Part shown: positions 24,734 through 38,745 of the stretch, piece by piece | Layout of the letters: every line of letters starts with the position of its first letter | Position numbering within the stretch: position 1 is the first letter of the stretch | From: Hormiphora californensis | Lineage: Eukaryota; Animalia; Ctenophora | DNA length: 64,000 nt | Assembly (NCBI GenBank): GCA_020137815.1 | Contig: CM035353.1 | Coordinates: 7,130,001-7,194,000 of the forward strand | Direction: 5' to 3' | Position numbers and translations under genes: made by a program | Notes under the pieces: generated by a model | The model's database searches: none | Told to the model about the DNA's origin: nothing | Seen by the model: the letters and a program-made list of their open reading frames with translations, nothing else

Positions 24734-27129
24734 GGGTACACCGACCGAAATTTTTTGTCGAGTGCAGGGCAATCTCTCACCGTAGGGTTGTAGGCCATGC
24801 CAAGGAGACCTCAAATATGCAATTTGAGCTCTCAAGTCGAATTCATATTTTTGCTACAGCTGTTTAAAAAATGTCCTGTAAATTCGTTTTTGGCATCTCA
24901 AAAAAAATGTTTAGTCGGGGCGAATCTCTCACAAAAAGAAGTGGTTGACACACTATTTGGTGAAAAGCAAATTCCGGTTGTAACCCACTTATTTTGACCC
25001 GCTGAACACGATCCCGTCCATAGGTAAGCTCGCAAAAGTGAAGAAAATGCCCAAATCGGCCACGCCCTTTTACCTGTATTTTCAGCCTGTAGCCAAAAAC
25101 ATAAATCCTCTTAGAATAGGAGTAGAGACAAATCTGAGGGCACTAAAGTGATCAGCGCCCTCGCATTAGTGGGGGTAGGTGCTAGAATTAAGTCTCTATC
25201 TCATCTGGTTAATTAGATAATTGGATAATTAGGTTTGCACATAACCGTTTTTTGGCTATATGGCTATAGCCACTTAGGAATGGTTTAGAGACTTTTCACT
25301 GGCGCCATTTTGTAGGCAATATCCAAGTTATGGGGGGTCGACGTCGGACTTTTAAGCTCTATCTCCAACCGTTTAGCCGTTATTGGGCTTAATCGATGCT
25401 CAAAATGAGCGAAAAACGGTAAAAAGCCCGATTTTGAGCATCGTTTAAGCCAAATAACGGCTAAACGGTTGGAGATAGAGCTTAAAAGTCCGACGTCGAC
25501 CCCCCATAACTTGGCTATTGCCTAAAAAATGGCGCCAGTGAAAAGTCTCTAAACCATTCCTAAGTGGCTATAGCCATATAGCCAAAAAACGGTTATGTGC
25601 AAACCTAATTATCCAATTATCTAATTAACCAGATGAGATAGAGACTTAATTCTAGCACCTACCCCCACTAATGCGAGGGCGCTGATCACTTTAGTGCCCT
25701 CAGATTTGTCTCTACTCCTATTCTAAGAGGATTTATGTTTTTGGCTACAGGCTGAAAATACAGGTAAAAGGGCGTGGCCGATTTGGACATTTTCTTCACT
25801 TTTGCGAGCTTACCTATGGACGGGATCGTGTTCAGCGGGTCAAAATAGGTGGGTTACAACCGGAATTTGCTTTTCACCAAATAGTGTGTCAAAAAATTAA
25901 GATTCGCCCCGACTAGTTTTAAAGATAGGAGCATGAAAATTTGGGGATTTGAAGAGGACATGAAGGTGAATAACCACAAAAAATTTTTTTGCAATCCGAG
26001 CTGATTTCCGGTCATGAGATGGATTTCTTTTTTTCCACTTTAACGCCCTATTTGGCAAAGTTCCGAAAACATGTGAAAGCTGTAAATTGGTGAAAAGTTG
26101 CGTCTAACGATTATCTAAGTAGCCATAAATTTTGGGCGTATCCTTATTTGAGATAAGCTGTACAGAGTTTTTTTTGTGAAAGCCGTCATTTCAGAAATAA
26201 ATAAATTCCCTGTATCTCAAAAACGGCTGATCGTAGAGACCTGAGACTATGCTTAAACGATTCAGAAGGTCCGATTTTGGGGGGGTCTTCTGAGAGACAT
26301 TTTGCTCCTACTTCAACCGTTTTTGCTGTAACTGCGAAAAACAAATTCTATGAAAAGTGCAAAAGCTAAACTCCAATATCCTGTAATTAGGGAATTTTGG
26401 CTAGGAAAGGACCGAAACGATGGAAAAATGTGTAACAAGCTAATTCCTTCACTATTTGGTCCATATGGGTCCCTATAATCACCAAAAACAAAATCACAAA
26501 AAATCCACGATGGCGAAGATGAATTTTTGTTTTTCGCAATTACAGCAAAAACGGTTGAAGTAGGAGCAAAATGTCTCTCAGAAGACCCCCCAAAATCGGA
26601 CCTTCTGAATCGTTTAAGCATAGTCTCAGGTCTCTACGATCAGCCGTTTTTGAGATACAGGGAATTTATTTATTTCAGAAATGACGGCTTTCACAAAAAA
26701 AACTCTGTACAGCTTATCTCAAATAAGGATACGCCCAAAATTTATGGCCACTTAGATAATCGTTAGACGCAACTTTTCACCAATTTACAGCTTTCACATA
26801 TTTTCGGAACTTTGCCAAATAGGGCGTTAAAGTGGAAAAAAAGAAATCCATCTCAGGACCGGAAATCAGCTCGGATTGCAAAAAATTTTTTTGTGGTTAT
26901 TCACCTTTATGTCCTCTTCAAATCCCCAAATTTTCATACTCCTATCTTCAAAAAAATTTTTTTGAGATGCCAAAAACGTATTTACAGGACATTTTTTAAA
27001 CAGCTGTAGCAAAAATATGAATTCGACTTGAGGGCTAAAATTGCATATTTGAGGTCTCCTTGGTATGGCCTACAACCCTACGGTGAGAGATTTCCCTGCA
27101 CTCGAAAAAAAAATTCGGTCGGTGTACCC
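24734..27129. mobile_element. TTAA-flanked (Kolobok-like) non-autonomous element built from two long internal palindromes
   Basis: ttaa|gggtacaccgaccgaa...ttcggtcggtgtaccc|ttaa; outer TIR ~175 bp; internal IRs 24912-25405/25432-25916 and 25922-26349/26521-26949. Confidence 0.85.
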
Positions 27130-27133
27130 TTAA

Positions 27134-27602
27134 AGTGAGAGTGGACCGAATCAGAATTGGGCAAGTTTGTTGTAGGTAGTAGAGATTAGCTTTCTGAATA
27201 TTTTGCGTTTTTGCCGCTCAAAATCGACCCACCCATCACTGAGATATTTTTGTTATGTTGGGAGAACTCCTGTTTAATCAGTATGTATAAAACAGAATAG
27301 AAAAAATCGTGGTGTTTTACTAACACATTCTGAATATAATCAGTGAGGTTGACATGTCCATGCACAGAAGCAGGGCAATGCAAGCCAGCATATTAAAAAT
27401 TTAAAGAATGTGTTAGTAAAACACAAGGATTGTTTCTATCCTGTTTGATAAATATTGATCCAGCAGGAATTCTCCCAACATAACAAAAATATCTCAGTGA
27501 TGGGTGGGTCGATTTTGAGCGGCAAAAACGCAAAATGCTCAGAAAGCTAATCTCTACTACCTACAACAAACTTGTCCAATTCTGATTCGGTCCACTCTCA
27601 CT
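27134..27602. mobile_element. Kolobok-like foldback MITE sharing a TTAA with the preceding element
   Basis: ttaa|agtgagagtggaccgaatcagaatt...aattctgattcggtccactctcact|ttaa; arms ~195 bp. Confidence 0.85.
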
Positions 27603-30199
27603 TTAAGCTCTTCCGATGGCCTGGGATCAAAGTTAGTCATAGACTGGTATTATATGAGGCAGACGCATTAGGAAGATGTCAGACATTATATGATGTGTCA
27701 AGTACGATCTGATCGTGGAACTATACATAATACTCCGCCAAAGGAAACGGCTTAGATACGTCAAGGCTACCGGCCATCGACACAAACATGTCGTGGACTT
27801 ATTACAAGCATTCAAGTGTTAAAGCCAATTCAATGAGTACATTAATCCTTAAATCCTTAAATCCCTAAAACCTTAAATCCTGCTTCGTCAGTTATTCTGG
27901 GTACGTCCCCTGGATGGTTGCTTGTTGTTATCCGATCTAACTATTGTTGATTCATTTAACCCATTTGGGTCCGAAATCAGAACTTAAATATAGCATTTAA
28001 AGTATCCGTATAATAATCAAAATAATTCATTTGTCACGGTGAAACCTGCTTCTTGTATAGCAATTACACCTGACATGGTTATTCCCATCATCAGAAAGGT
28101 GATCTCTAAAAAATCACTGTCCATCACACCCGCCACATCTAGGAAGGGTGTCCGAAGGAGACACAATAGGGGGTTTGTATCTTGGGGTGTCCAAAAGAGA
28201 CACAATCCGACTCGTCTAGCATGTCCGGGACAGCACGAAGAAGGCTGGGGCGTCACTGTCGAACACTGTCGAACACTGTCATCGTCTTCCTTATCGCCGT
28301 TATGGATGTCCAGGGGCCGCTTCCTCCAGCATATCTCGAAAGAGGGTGAGCCGGTATAATGGTTATCGTACTATCAGAACAACTGTTTCGGTTTGGGAAA
28401 GTATAACAGAAAATAATGAACAATGAATCCTCTCAAAATCATTCTATATATCCCCCTCAAAGATTACGTAGCGTCTAGACGAATGACGCCAAATAATAAT
28501 AATAATATATATTAAATTAGAAATAAGATATTTGTGCAAACCTATGTCACCGGACTCGGATCTGATGCAGCCGGGACTGCAGCTGCTGCACAGGGTTCTT
28601 CTTTCTGTTCCCCGGCCGTTGCTATCTAATCTAACTATTCATTTAACCCATTTGGGTCCGAAATAAGAAATTAAATATAGCTAAGTATCCTTATAAAACT
28701 CAATACAATTCATTTGTCACGGTGAAACCTGCTTCTTGTATAGCAATTACACCTGACATGATTATCTCCCATCATTAGAAAGGAGATCTCTCAAATCATT
28801 GTCCTAAATCAGAAAAATCACTGTCCATCACACCCGCCACATCTAGGAAGGGTGTCCGAAGGAGACACAATAGGGGGTTTGTATCTTCGGGGTGTCCAAA
28901 AGAGACACGGTCCATCATTCTGGAGGTGGGCGGTCCATCTCTAATTTACTATTTGAAGCAACCATTTTGCTATTTTTCTAACTCATTTCCCTATCCTCTA
29001 ACCAATGAATGCTTCAATTATCAGACAAATAAGCGAAATGCAGTCGTATGAAAAAGATGAAATTAAAAGAAAAACAGTGATAATATTTTCTAAAAAAAGA
29101 GATTTTTTCTAAAACCCAATAAAATATCCCAATATTAAATAATACAGTGCTCTGTAGTTTAACCACTTGCAGGCCAACCATGAAACGGTCTCGGATGACT
29201 TCTTCTTCTGCCTCGGTTGACAGGAACTTGCATAACTTTGCTTGCCGTTGAACACGGGTCAGGACACAATATCTCGGGTGAGCCGGACTCGGATCTGGTG
29301 CAGTCGGGACCGCAGCTGCCGCACAGGGTTCTTCTTTCTGTTCCCCGGCCGTTGCTATCTAATCTAACTATTCATTTAACCCATTTGGGTCCGAAATAAG
29401 AACTTTAAATATAGCTAAGTATCCGTATAAAATTCAATATAATTCACTGCTTCTTGTATAGCAATTACACCTGACATGGTTGTCACCCATCATTAGGAAA
29501 GATATGCTGTTGTAGATTCAGCAACATGCATATCCAAGCACCTTAATGAAACTTAATGAAAACACTTTATTACACAATCATAAAAGGTGTCAGTCTCTCC
29601 GACTTCCCCCTTCGATCGAACCGCTAATACCCAATCCAAGATCAAATTCCCATTCTGGAGGTGGGCGGTCCATCTCTAATTTACTATTTGAAGCAACCAT
29701 TTTGCTATTTTTCTGACTCATTTCCCTATCCTCTATCTAATGAATGCTTCAATTAACAGACAAATAAGCGAAATGCAGTCGTATGAAAAAGATGAAATTA
29801 AAAGAAAAACAGTGAATTATTTTCTAAAAAAAGATGATTTACATGGAGTCAAAAAGATGAGATGAATAAATAAATAATAATATAATATTTGACAAAATTA
29901 ATCCTCTTCAGCTAAGAAGCTAATGCTATGCTTTTTCAGTGGTAATGGTCCAACATCTTTTATTGCCTAGATATTTCCTAGACTTTCCAAAAAAATAAAC
30001 AAATTCTTCGACCATTCTTCTAGTTTTACAGAGTCCAAGGAACTCAAGAACTTGCTTCAATATTATAAAACCCACTATGATAATAACTGATAAACCTAAA
30101 ATATGTCCTATGAGCTCTGATGACCTTACCCTCTTTCTCATATCATAATAATCCTTTGACTGTGTTATTACAACATTATTTAATAATGTCATGTTATTA

Positions 30200-30611
30200 A
30201 CTAGATCCAAAAACCAAACAAGTTTGGTGGATAGTCGGGGCCACAGAAATTAAAAAACATGCGAAAGTTTTGATACATGAACTTTCGGGGCCTGGGGTGC
30301 TGTTAAATTCGCGTTTCCATGATTATGACCAGCAACATTTTCAAACTATACGCCAGGAAAACTATCGCAATGATCAAATTATCGTTATTTTTTATTCACA
30401 TTATCATACGTACAGATCCACACATGTGTCAAATATAATGTGGGCTGTTTTACAGAATAATAGTGTGTTTTAAAAGAATGGCTGACTATCATGGAAACGC
30501 GAATTTAACAGCACCCCAGGCCCCGAAAGTTCATGTATCAAAACTTTCGCATGTTTTTTAATTTCTGTGGCCCCGACTATCCACCAAACTTGTTTGGTTT
30601 TTGGATCTAGT
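30200..30611. mobile_element. Foldback MITE, ~130-bp TIRs
   Basis: actagatccaaaaaccaaacaagtttgg...ccaaacttgtttggtttttggatctagt; no clear TSD. Confidence 0.75.
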
Positions 30612-30632
30612 ATCAGGCATTTTGTTATACAT

Positions 30633-30915
30633 ACTTATCGCGATAACTAATTGCGATAAAAATTATAACGGATTCGTGATTATTTAGTTATCGCGATTAG
30701 CTATCGCGATTACCTATCGTGATTAGCTATTGCAATTAGCTATCCGCGATTGGTTATTATCATATTATTACTTACTCACGATAAGTTATGGTGGTTATAA
30801 CTATAGTTATCCGCGATTACTATTATTCATTAGTTATCAGCGATTGTTGGTTCTCCGAGATTGTTCTATGATTTTGATCATTAGTCACGGATAATTATCA
30901 CGGATAAACATTGAT
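30633..30915. repeat. Degenerate ~11-bp satellite (tatcgcgatta-like)
   Basis: Reiterated tatcgcgat/cgcgatta units. Confidence 0.65.
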
Positions 30916-33816
30916 AATCAGATATATCTGATACAATCAGGTTCTAGATGCTAATTCGCTCTTTTCTCGGTGGTTTTTAAAATCGTCTTATATTTAAGAC
31001 AGTCATAACTTTAGATATGACTAACAATTATAACTGAAAATGCGGCAGTAAACCTAGTTTAATAAAATATATATCTGATTCAATGTTAATTTAGACTCTG
31101 AATCGCTCCTTTTTAGGCGTTTTTAAAATCGTCTTAAATTTAAGACAGTCATAAAATCTAGATATGACTACCAATTATACCTCAAATTACAGCAGTTGAC
31201 ATACGTTGGCAAAATATATATGATAAAATCATGATTTATAGTTAAATTTGCTCTTTTCTAGGTTTTTTTGAAAATCGTCTTAAATCTTAATACAGTCATA
31301 TGCCTATAACTGAAGAACCGTAACTCGGATTTGCTTGAAATTTTGAACGTGTGTTCAAGATGTCAAGGCAATACCACGTACCAAGCGGCGTATTCGTAGA
31401 ACGACGGGAAGACTGTCTTAAACGCCAAAGAAAACTTAAGACTGTCATAACTTTTGTTATGACTCTCCGTTTATTCTGTCCAAGCTTTAATACAAGGTTC
31501 ACCACTAGACCTACCGACTCCCAAAGTTTCATGGCGATAGCTTTAAAACTGTGGCCCCCATCGTGTACGCAAAAAGGTCGTTACTTTACGGTCGTTCGTC
31601 ACGCTAAAAACGGACATTTTGTCCAAAACACGACCATCTGTAGCGCAAAAACCGTAACTCCAATTTGCATGAAATTTTGAACGTGTCCTCTAGGTGTCAA
31701 GGCAACACGAACTACCAAGCGGCATGTTCGTAGGACAACGGGAAGATTGTCTAAAACAAAGTTGAAATTGCCGATTTCAGACAATAAGTATAGTAGCGCT
31801 GTCAGAATTTTCAAAAATTTTCAAAAAATTTCAAAAAATTTCAAAAATTTTTTTTCTTAATTTCGAATTTCCATTTACTGGAAGGAAGAATGCTTGGAGG
31901 AGGGATATTTTTAGGGGAAGTTTGGTTGGGGGGAGGGAGGATTGGGCCCCGGGCGCTTGCCAGCGCTATGATGATATTATTAAGTGATATAATTTCATTT
32001 GAAACAAAATCTAATGAAAAGTCTTCTACATACGTAATATTAGATAAAGGCATAATATGGCTGTACGGATTAATGTAATGACTGTTTTGATCGTATCGGT
32101 TTCTAGCCATTTCTAAACTTAGTGCCAGAAAATAAGGTTTCTGTACCATTCAGCAAATTTATTCTAGCATTTTCTGCCGTAAACAGTAAACCGTGATCAC
32201 TAGTTACAACACTGTAGGGAAAGCATAACTTGCTTTCTCTAGTTGCACAGTCTTTTGTCGATATACACGATCTACTTTTGTCGCGTAACCCGTAATATAA
32301 TCGCTTTCTCGACATTTAATGTGGTAGAATTTGCCACTCAGCTCAACCAAATGGCCATCAACGTCGAGCTCGTAACAATTATCGTCCACAAAGAACCGGA
32401 CTTTAAATATGCTATACAGAACCGATGTATGGTTTAGCCGTGGGAACCACAGTTGCAGTGTAAACCCGACCTCGGTTTCTGTCGTATTCTTTTGAATCAA
32501 CTGCAGGGATTTTCGAATTACATGATAGTGTTGAGGCGAATAAAAGTTAATAGATAACAAAGATAAATTTATGAACTTGGAATGAGTATCATTCATACAA
32601 TTACCTCAACTCTACTAGTTTTATACAGAAGATCCATATTACGAGAGTAGCTGATGTTAGTGAAAACCAACCTATCTTGGTTTTTCAAATTCCATAGCTG
32701 CAGCTCGTTAACCATGTCTCTTGTTAACCGCCCGTTACCGTCAATAGACCTCATCGCCTGATACGCCTTACAGTACCACTGTACGTACCTTTCCTAAAAA
32801 TTCCGTTCATTTGATAGCAGTTAAATGTCTCATTGATATCTCATGAAATCATCTAAGGGAATCAATGTGCCTGGTTAAAGTTTACCAGTTGCAGGAGGTA
32901 CACTTCCGCTGCTGAACGACAGTCGTTACTTTCTACAATAGCAGGGAGCTCACTATTTATAATATTTGAAGCAACCGTTTTGCTATTTTTCCGACTCATT
33001 TCCCCATCCTCTATCCAATGAATGCTTCAATCAACAGACAAATAAGTGAAATGCAGTCGTATGAAAAAGATGAAATTAAAAGAAAAACAGTGATTTATTT
33101 TCTAAAAAAAGATGATTTACATGGAGTCAAAAAGATGAGATGAATGAATAAATAATAATATAATATTTGATAAAATTAATCACTAATATTCCATTGGGCC
33201 TTTTGTAAATCATTTGGTCCGTCGCACTTTCAAAACAAAAAGTAGCCAGCTCGAACAAAATACTCCTTGGGAATAATACATTCTTGAAGTTCAACTACAT
33301 CATACTCGTCCAGATTCTCGAGGCTGAAAATAGAAAATTTATTTTCAAATACCAAATATGCTGCAAATACGTTGTATAACGTCGCAAGTGATGCCTCATC
33401 TGCGGTCTTCAAAGAAGAAGAGTTGAACTAAGTTTGCTTTAACATTTTTAATTGTCCCATAAAAAACTGTCGAGGCTGAAGATAGAAAATATATTTTCAA
33501 ATACCAAATACACTGCAAATGAAACATCAAACTGTCTTGTTACCATCCGGAAATGAGGATGAATAGTATTGATCCTCCGAATCTACCTTCCAATGGTTCC
33601 TGTGGTAGAGGTCTTAGTGCCAGCTATCCAAGCTCCTCGAGGAAGGGATCCCTGGTACATCATTATGTGGTGACCCCACCTGCCTCATTACCATTTCCAG
33701 TATCACCCATCAAATCAATAAAATCAGTTATTTTTAAGCTAGAAAATAAATAGGGGAAAAGGCGGTTACAAAACAGTGGAAGTGGGTAAAAATTCTCTTG
33801 TTCTTTGTCTCACATA

Positions 33817-34679
33817 CAGTCGGACCCCGATTTAGGGACCCCCGATTTAGGGACACCCCGATTTAGGGACAGGATTTTTTTCCCCCAAAAATTTTTGAAT
33901 TTTTTTGGGAAATTTTTTGTGAGATTTTTAAAAAAGATTCCAGCCATGTCCGAATCGTGTTTCGAATCGGTGCATCTTATCGCATGTCCTTCTGCTAATT
34001 AGACGGTTCGGAACGAACCGATACGTGATCCCCATGGTGCCCATCGAATCACAAGTTCACCAAGGTCCAAGCGTCAAAATTTCGATTCGATGGGGATCAC
34101 GTTTCGATTCGTTCCGTCTAATTAGCAGCAGGACATGCGATAAGATGCACCGATTCGAAACACGATTCGGACGTGGCTGGTATACCTTTAAAAAATTTTA
34201 TAACTTTTTTGCAAAATTTTACAGTACGATTGTCAATGCTTTGATCGGTGCTCCCCATAAATTTTGAGAGAAAAAGTTATTTTGAAATTTTTATACTTCC
34301 TCACCCGCTTAGGGTGCCCCGATTCGGTATGGTATCACGTATCGGTTCGTTTTGAACCCGCTAATTAGACAGGATATCCAGTAAGTTGCACCGATTCGAA
34401 ATACAAACCGGACGGGCTGGTATAACTTAGAAAATTTTCCACATTTTTTGAAAAAGAATTATTTTATATTTTTCTTTTTCTAATCAGAAATGATCATGTC
34501 ATCAATACATGAATATTGCATATAACAGTTAGAGGTGTCTTTAGTCTTAATGATATAGCATTTTGGGCAATAAAATAGGTTTTTTGGGTCAAATATGGCT
34601 CACCCCGATTTAGTGGACACCCCGATTTAGTGGACAAGACCCTTTCCCCCGAGGGTGTCCCTAAATCGGGGTCCGACTG
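33817..34679. mobile_element. Tc1/pogo-like non-autonomous element, TA TSD
   Basis: ta|cagtcggaccccgatttaggg...ccctaaatcggggtccgactg|ta; internal inverted repeat ~33940-34180. Confidence 0.88.
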
Positions 34680-35504
34680 TATAACGCGTTATAGACTCGG
34701 TAGAATGTAGTGCTCATTGTCCTGCATACTTTATAACAGTGTCTCTCATAGTGATAAATTAGAGTTCCCACAATCTTCCCCTCCTCGAGACTTGGTAGCA
34801 CGCACCCCTAGTAACGCTCCCTGGATCTGCCCGGCCTCCCTCTCCTGTTGTCAACCTTCTTTTCGGGACCCTTGGGATTTTTGGTTGTTTATTCGCATAA
34901 TCGGTCAAGTAAAAGAGATTCACCTCCGCAGTCTTTCGTATTTGGTTGCATATGATGAATACTGTTCTTCCAATGGTTCCTGTGGTAGAGGTCACAGTGC
35001 CAGTTATCCAAACTCCTCCCTGGCCTGGTACATCATTATCCGTCAATCTTATATTATATTAGTAATGAATACCAATCAAACACAGTTTCGTTTCTATATT
35101 TGATAGAATAATAACTAACAAGATGTGATGAAAAAAAGGAAAAAAAAGATGATAAAAAGATGATTTACTGATGAGTCAACGAATTCTGATAAAATGAAGA
35201 AACAATAATAATTGACAAAATTAACCATATAATAGTCATTCGAAGTCTACTGAATTTGACTAAATAAAGCCTATCTTCTTCAGATATTCAAAACATCTAC
35301 GGCCTACACAGGAGAACTATAAGGATCTGAAAATATATCGTTCTGCAGATTTCCAATATATCCTCTTGAAATCGTTGACTCGACTTCTCTTACCGACGCT
35401 GTGATGTGGTTTTGACTCTGAAGTATCCGACTGTACTTCTGTACACTCACTTAACTCATTCTGCCAAAAGGGTACTGCCCTTTGAAGCATCTCTGCTCCA
35501 TGAC

Positions 35505-35995
35505 CACCAAGAGCCCCCTGATGTCCTTTTGTATCCTTGTTCGCCTACTCATAGATCTGATCAATAGCCATTGATGAAAACTCACGACCTGATTTGTTCC
35601 CAGTAAATTTGCCTGCTACAAACGCCTCGAATAGACCACTGGAGATTGTTTTGACTCTCCTTAGATCTTCCAGGTGGATCATTCCCCATCTTGTATAGTT
35701 TGTTCTGTTAAAAACCGCAAAGCAATGCATCATATACTGGAGAGATGCAACATACTGGAAGAAGTTTCCACTGCGTATGGAGGCCATGAACACCAAATAT
35801 GTCGTACCGAGAGATCTTACAGTGTCCCAAAACTGGTTCTCTTGGACCACTCCTTCTTTATAGCTCCGGGATATCACGCAGAGAATAACTTGGACGATGT
35901 ACGATGCTCCGGCTATGTCAGTTACATTCAAAAGAACATTTTCTGCCCCATCGATTGAAAACTCCTTGCATGCGTTGAGTATTTCTATAATTCCG
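35505..35995 (-). pseudogene. DDE transposase fragment, probably CMC/Chapaev-type
   Basis: SIRSGNF..Y..SL..M...F..FNRTNYTRW...HLEDL...F..GKFT..KS...FSSMAIDQIYE*ANKDTKG; a TAG replaces the Q of the DQxxEQxNK motif. Superfamily assignment is from recalled motifs. Confidence 0.6.
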
Positions 35996-36619
35996 CTTGT
36001 TTTAGAGGTAGAGGTCACAGTGCCAGCTATCCAAACTCCTCCCTGGTACATCATTATCCGTCAATCTTAATGAATACCATGGTATACCAATCAAACAAAG
36101 TTTCGTTTCTATATTTGATAGAATAATAAAACTAACAAGTTACACAGGATAAGTATCGGATAATTGTTTATGAGCCGCATGATAATTGTTTGTTGGGATG
36201 ATATCTCCTTCCGGCTTCAATCAATCAGGACAAAATGAAAAGCGGTGTTTTTATTAACGAACAGTTTCGATGTTACAACATCTTCCTCAGCCTACAAAAT
36301 TTGGAAAATTGGTTAAAATCAAATCACATAGCTGTACACACACTGCAATACTAATATAAGACTAAAAATAAAGTACTAAATAACTAAATAACTAAATAAC
36401 TAAATAACTAAATAAATAACTAAATAACTAAAATGGGTGGCTAATAACAAAATCTAATAATCTAAGTCTACAAATCTAAATATCTAAAATACCAAATAAT
36501 GATAACTACTCAACATCTCAAACCTGGGGAGGTGAGAAAAGATGATATTTAAACATCAACGCAGATATTTATACGACATCTTTTCTCTCTCTCTCTCTCT
36601 CTCACTCTCTCTCTCTCTC

Positions 36620-36693
<74 letters not shown>

Positions 36694-36826
36694 GACTCTA
36701 TCTCTTCCCTTCTATCTAAACTACTATCGAAAACTGGATCACGCGATCTAACTGGTAAAATAACGGACATAAAGAAATCAGATCTGAATAATTAATGAAA
36801 TACATAAATTAAATAAATTAAATAAA

Positions 36827-38745
36827 TTAAATAACTAAAAATCTGGTTAAATCTGTCATCTCTTCCTTTAAATTAATAGTCGGTTTCAATCTATGAATAA
36901 ATGACGCTTCAATAATTTTCCTGTATAACATTTTAGTCTCAGTTGCTAATATACTAAAGCTAAGATTCGGAGTGGTGTTCGGGTGGAAGGTACTGTAATG
37001 GAGTGCAAGGGCTTTCTCTCTGTACGACTTCGCTGAGGGAGAATTCGCACAGCGAAGATGCTCAGAGAGTCTTTCCTTGGCAGTCCTGCCCGTTTCTCCT
37101 ACATACATTTCGCCACATAACACACACTCAATTTTATAAACAGGGGCAATAATTTGACAATGTCCGTCTGTAAGGATAGGGCAAATTTTACAGTTCGCTA
37201 GATGGCAAGTTGGTAGTCCATCTCTAGGTCTAGAAGAGCAGAAGATCTCTCTCAACTTCCTGCCTGGCGTAAACACAATCTTGATGGGAAGGTTGTTTGA
37301 AATGACAAACCGGGTAACCTGGTCACTGAAGCCCTCAGTTATGTACGGTAGCTTTAGAATCACCTGTTCCTCTGTAGTCTCGTTCCGATGTTGATGGTTT
37401 GAGATATGGGTGTCGAAAGCAAAAGTACGGGGATCTGTGTATCCATTAGCCAGGAGCAGGTTATCCACTACTTCCCGAGACTGTTCAACATGTGATGGGG
37501 ATGAACTACGCTCTGCGGTATGATAGAAGTTTCTGGCAGTCTGGATCTTCATTCGGAGGGGGTGGTGGGATTTAAAGTGTAGAGTTATCCGTTTCCTCGT
37601 GGGCTTCCGGTAAAACTGTGACTCGATTTTATCATTCACCACCCTCACTTCCGTACCCAGGAAAGGGGTCCAATCTCCCTCCTTGTCAGGAAAATCTACC
37701 TCCCAAGCAATCAGGCCATCCGGGTCTTCCTTGCCTATGTTCCTAAACAGCTCCACCGCCTCTGTTCTAGATGATGCTAGGGTGTAGGCGTCATCTATAT
37801 ACCTCCCATAGATAGGGAGGAACTGGACATCAGCGTACAGGGTGCTTCTCTCGAACATGAAGACTCGGATGACCGCGGCGAATCTATCGGTTATCCCATA
37901 CTTTCGGGATCCCATACTCCTAATTAGAAGAAAGTATGGGATCTCGGACAATTGTTGTGGTCCCATACTTCCGAGATCCCATACTTTCGAAGTCCCATAC
38001 TTTTCGGGTGGGATTCACTAGATACTAATCCAATCAATAGAACGGTGTTTGGTATCGCTAAATTGGGTAATTTAAACCGAGTAATGTGTACATTCGTACC
38101 GTTTCACTATTTACGTTGCACATACACGGTGTGATTAGAATTTCGTGATCAGATGCTGAATGCTGATCAGATGGTAAATGAACTCGGATCACTTATGGAG
38201 TGCGATTACTTAGACAGGGTATCAGTCAATCAAGGTCTTGACAGGCCGATCAGATGGTAAATGAACCATGATTACTCACACTGCTAATAGGGCATGCCAG
38301 ATTCGTATCACATACATAATTAGAAAGTATGGGATCTCGGACAATTGTCGTGGTCCCATACTTCCGAGATCCCATACTTTCTCTCTCTAATTGGGAGTAT
38401 GGGATCCCGAAAGTATGGGACTAGGGTGATCACCGACCGCGGCGATGGGGCTCGGAGCACAACCCATGAAGAGTCCCTGGAGTTGTTTATACAGCCTCCC
38501 GTCATATGTAAAGTATGAGTTTAAGAGGACTGCATCCAGGATCTCGTGAACATCGACCAACTGTAGCCCCCTAAGATTCAAATGGTCGACGTTCTGCTCC
38601 GCGAAGTCAATGACAGATTTAATGCAGGCCAAAATATCTAGATTAGTGTAGAGAGCTGATATATCAGCTGTGCAAAAGTTGCGGCCTGATAGATCCCCCG
38701 GAGGGATCGAGCGCAGCGTATCCAGATGTTGGTGGATGTTGCTGT
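36827..38745 (-). pseudogene. Penelope RT + GIY-YIG endonuclease ORF, 5'-truncated and interrupted by a MITE
   Basis: TADISALYTN, YKQLQGLFMGCAPSPIAAV|IRVFMFE, YGRYIDD, PFLG, FYRKPT, PVYKIECVLCGEMYVGETGRTAKERLSEH, RKIIEASFI, PTIN. Confidence 0.92.
37882..38434. mobile_element. Mutator-like MITE inside the Penelope RT
   Basis: Target gaccgcggcga duplicated (37871-37881, 38435-38445); imperfect TIRs built of cccatact repeats; removal restores ...PIAAVIRVF... Confidence 0.75.

Larger units (their letters stand above)
27915..36139 (-). repeat. Mosaic of locally reiterated segments (decayed gene-family/transposon pieces) also present at 58.3-63.6 kb
   Basis: 'aaaatcactgtccatcacacccgccacatctagg' at ~28110, 28814, 61779; 'tttgaagcaaccattttgct'-like at ~28952, 29687, 32965; 'gtgccagttatccaaactcctccctgg'-like at ~34997, 36020, 60020. 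Confidence 0.7.
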
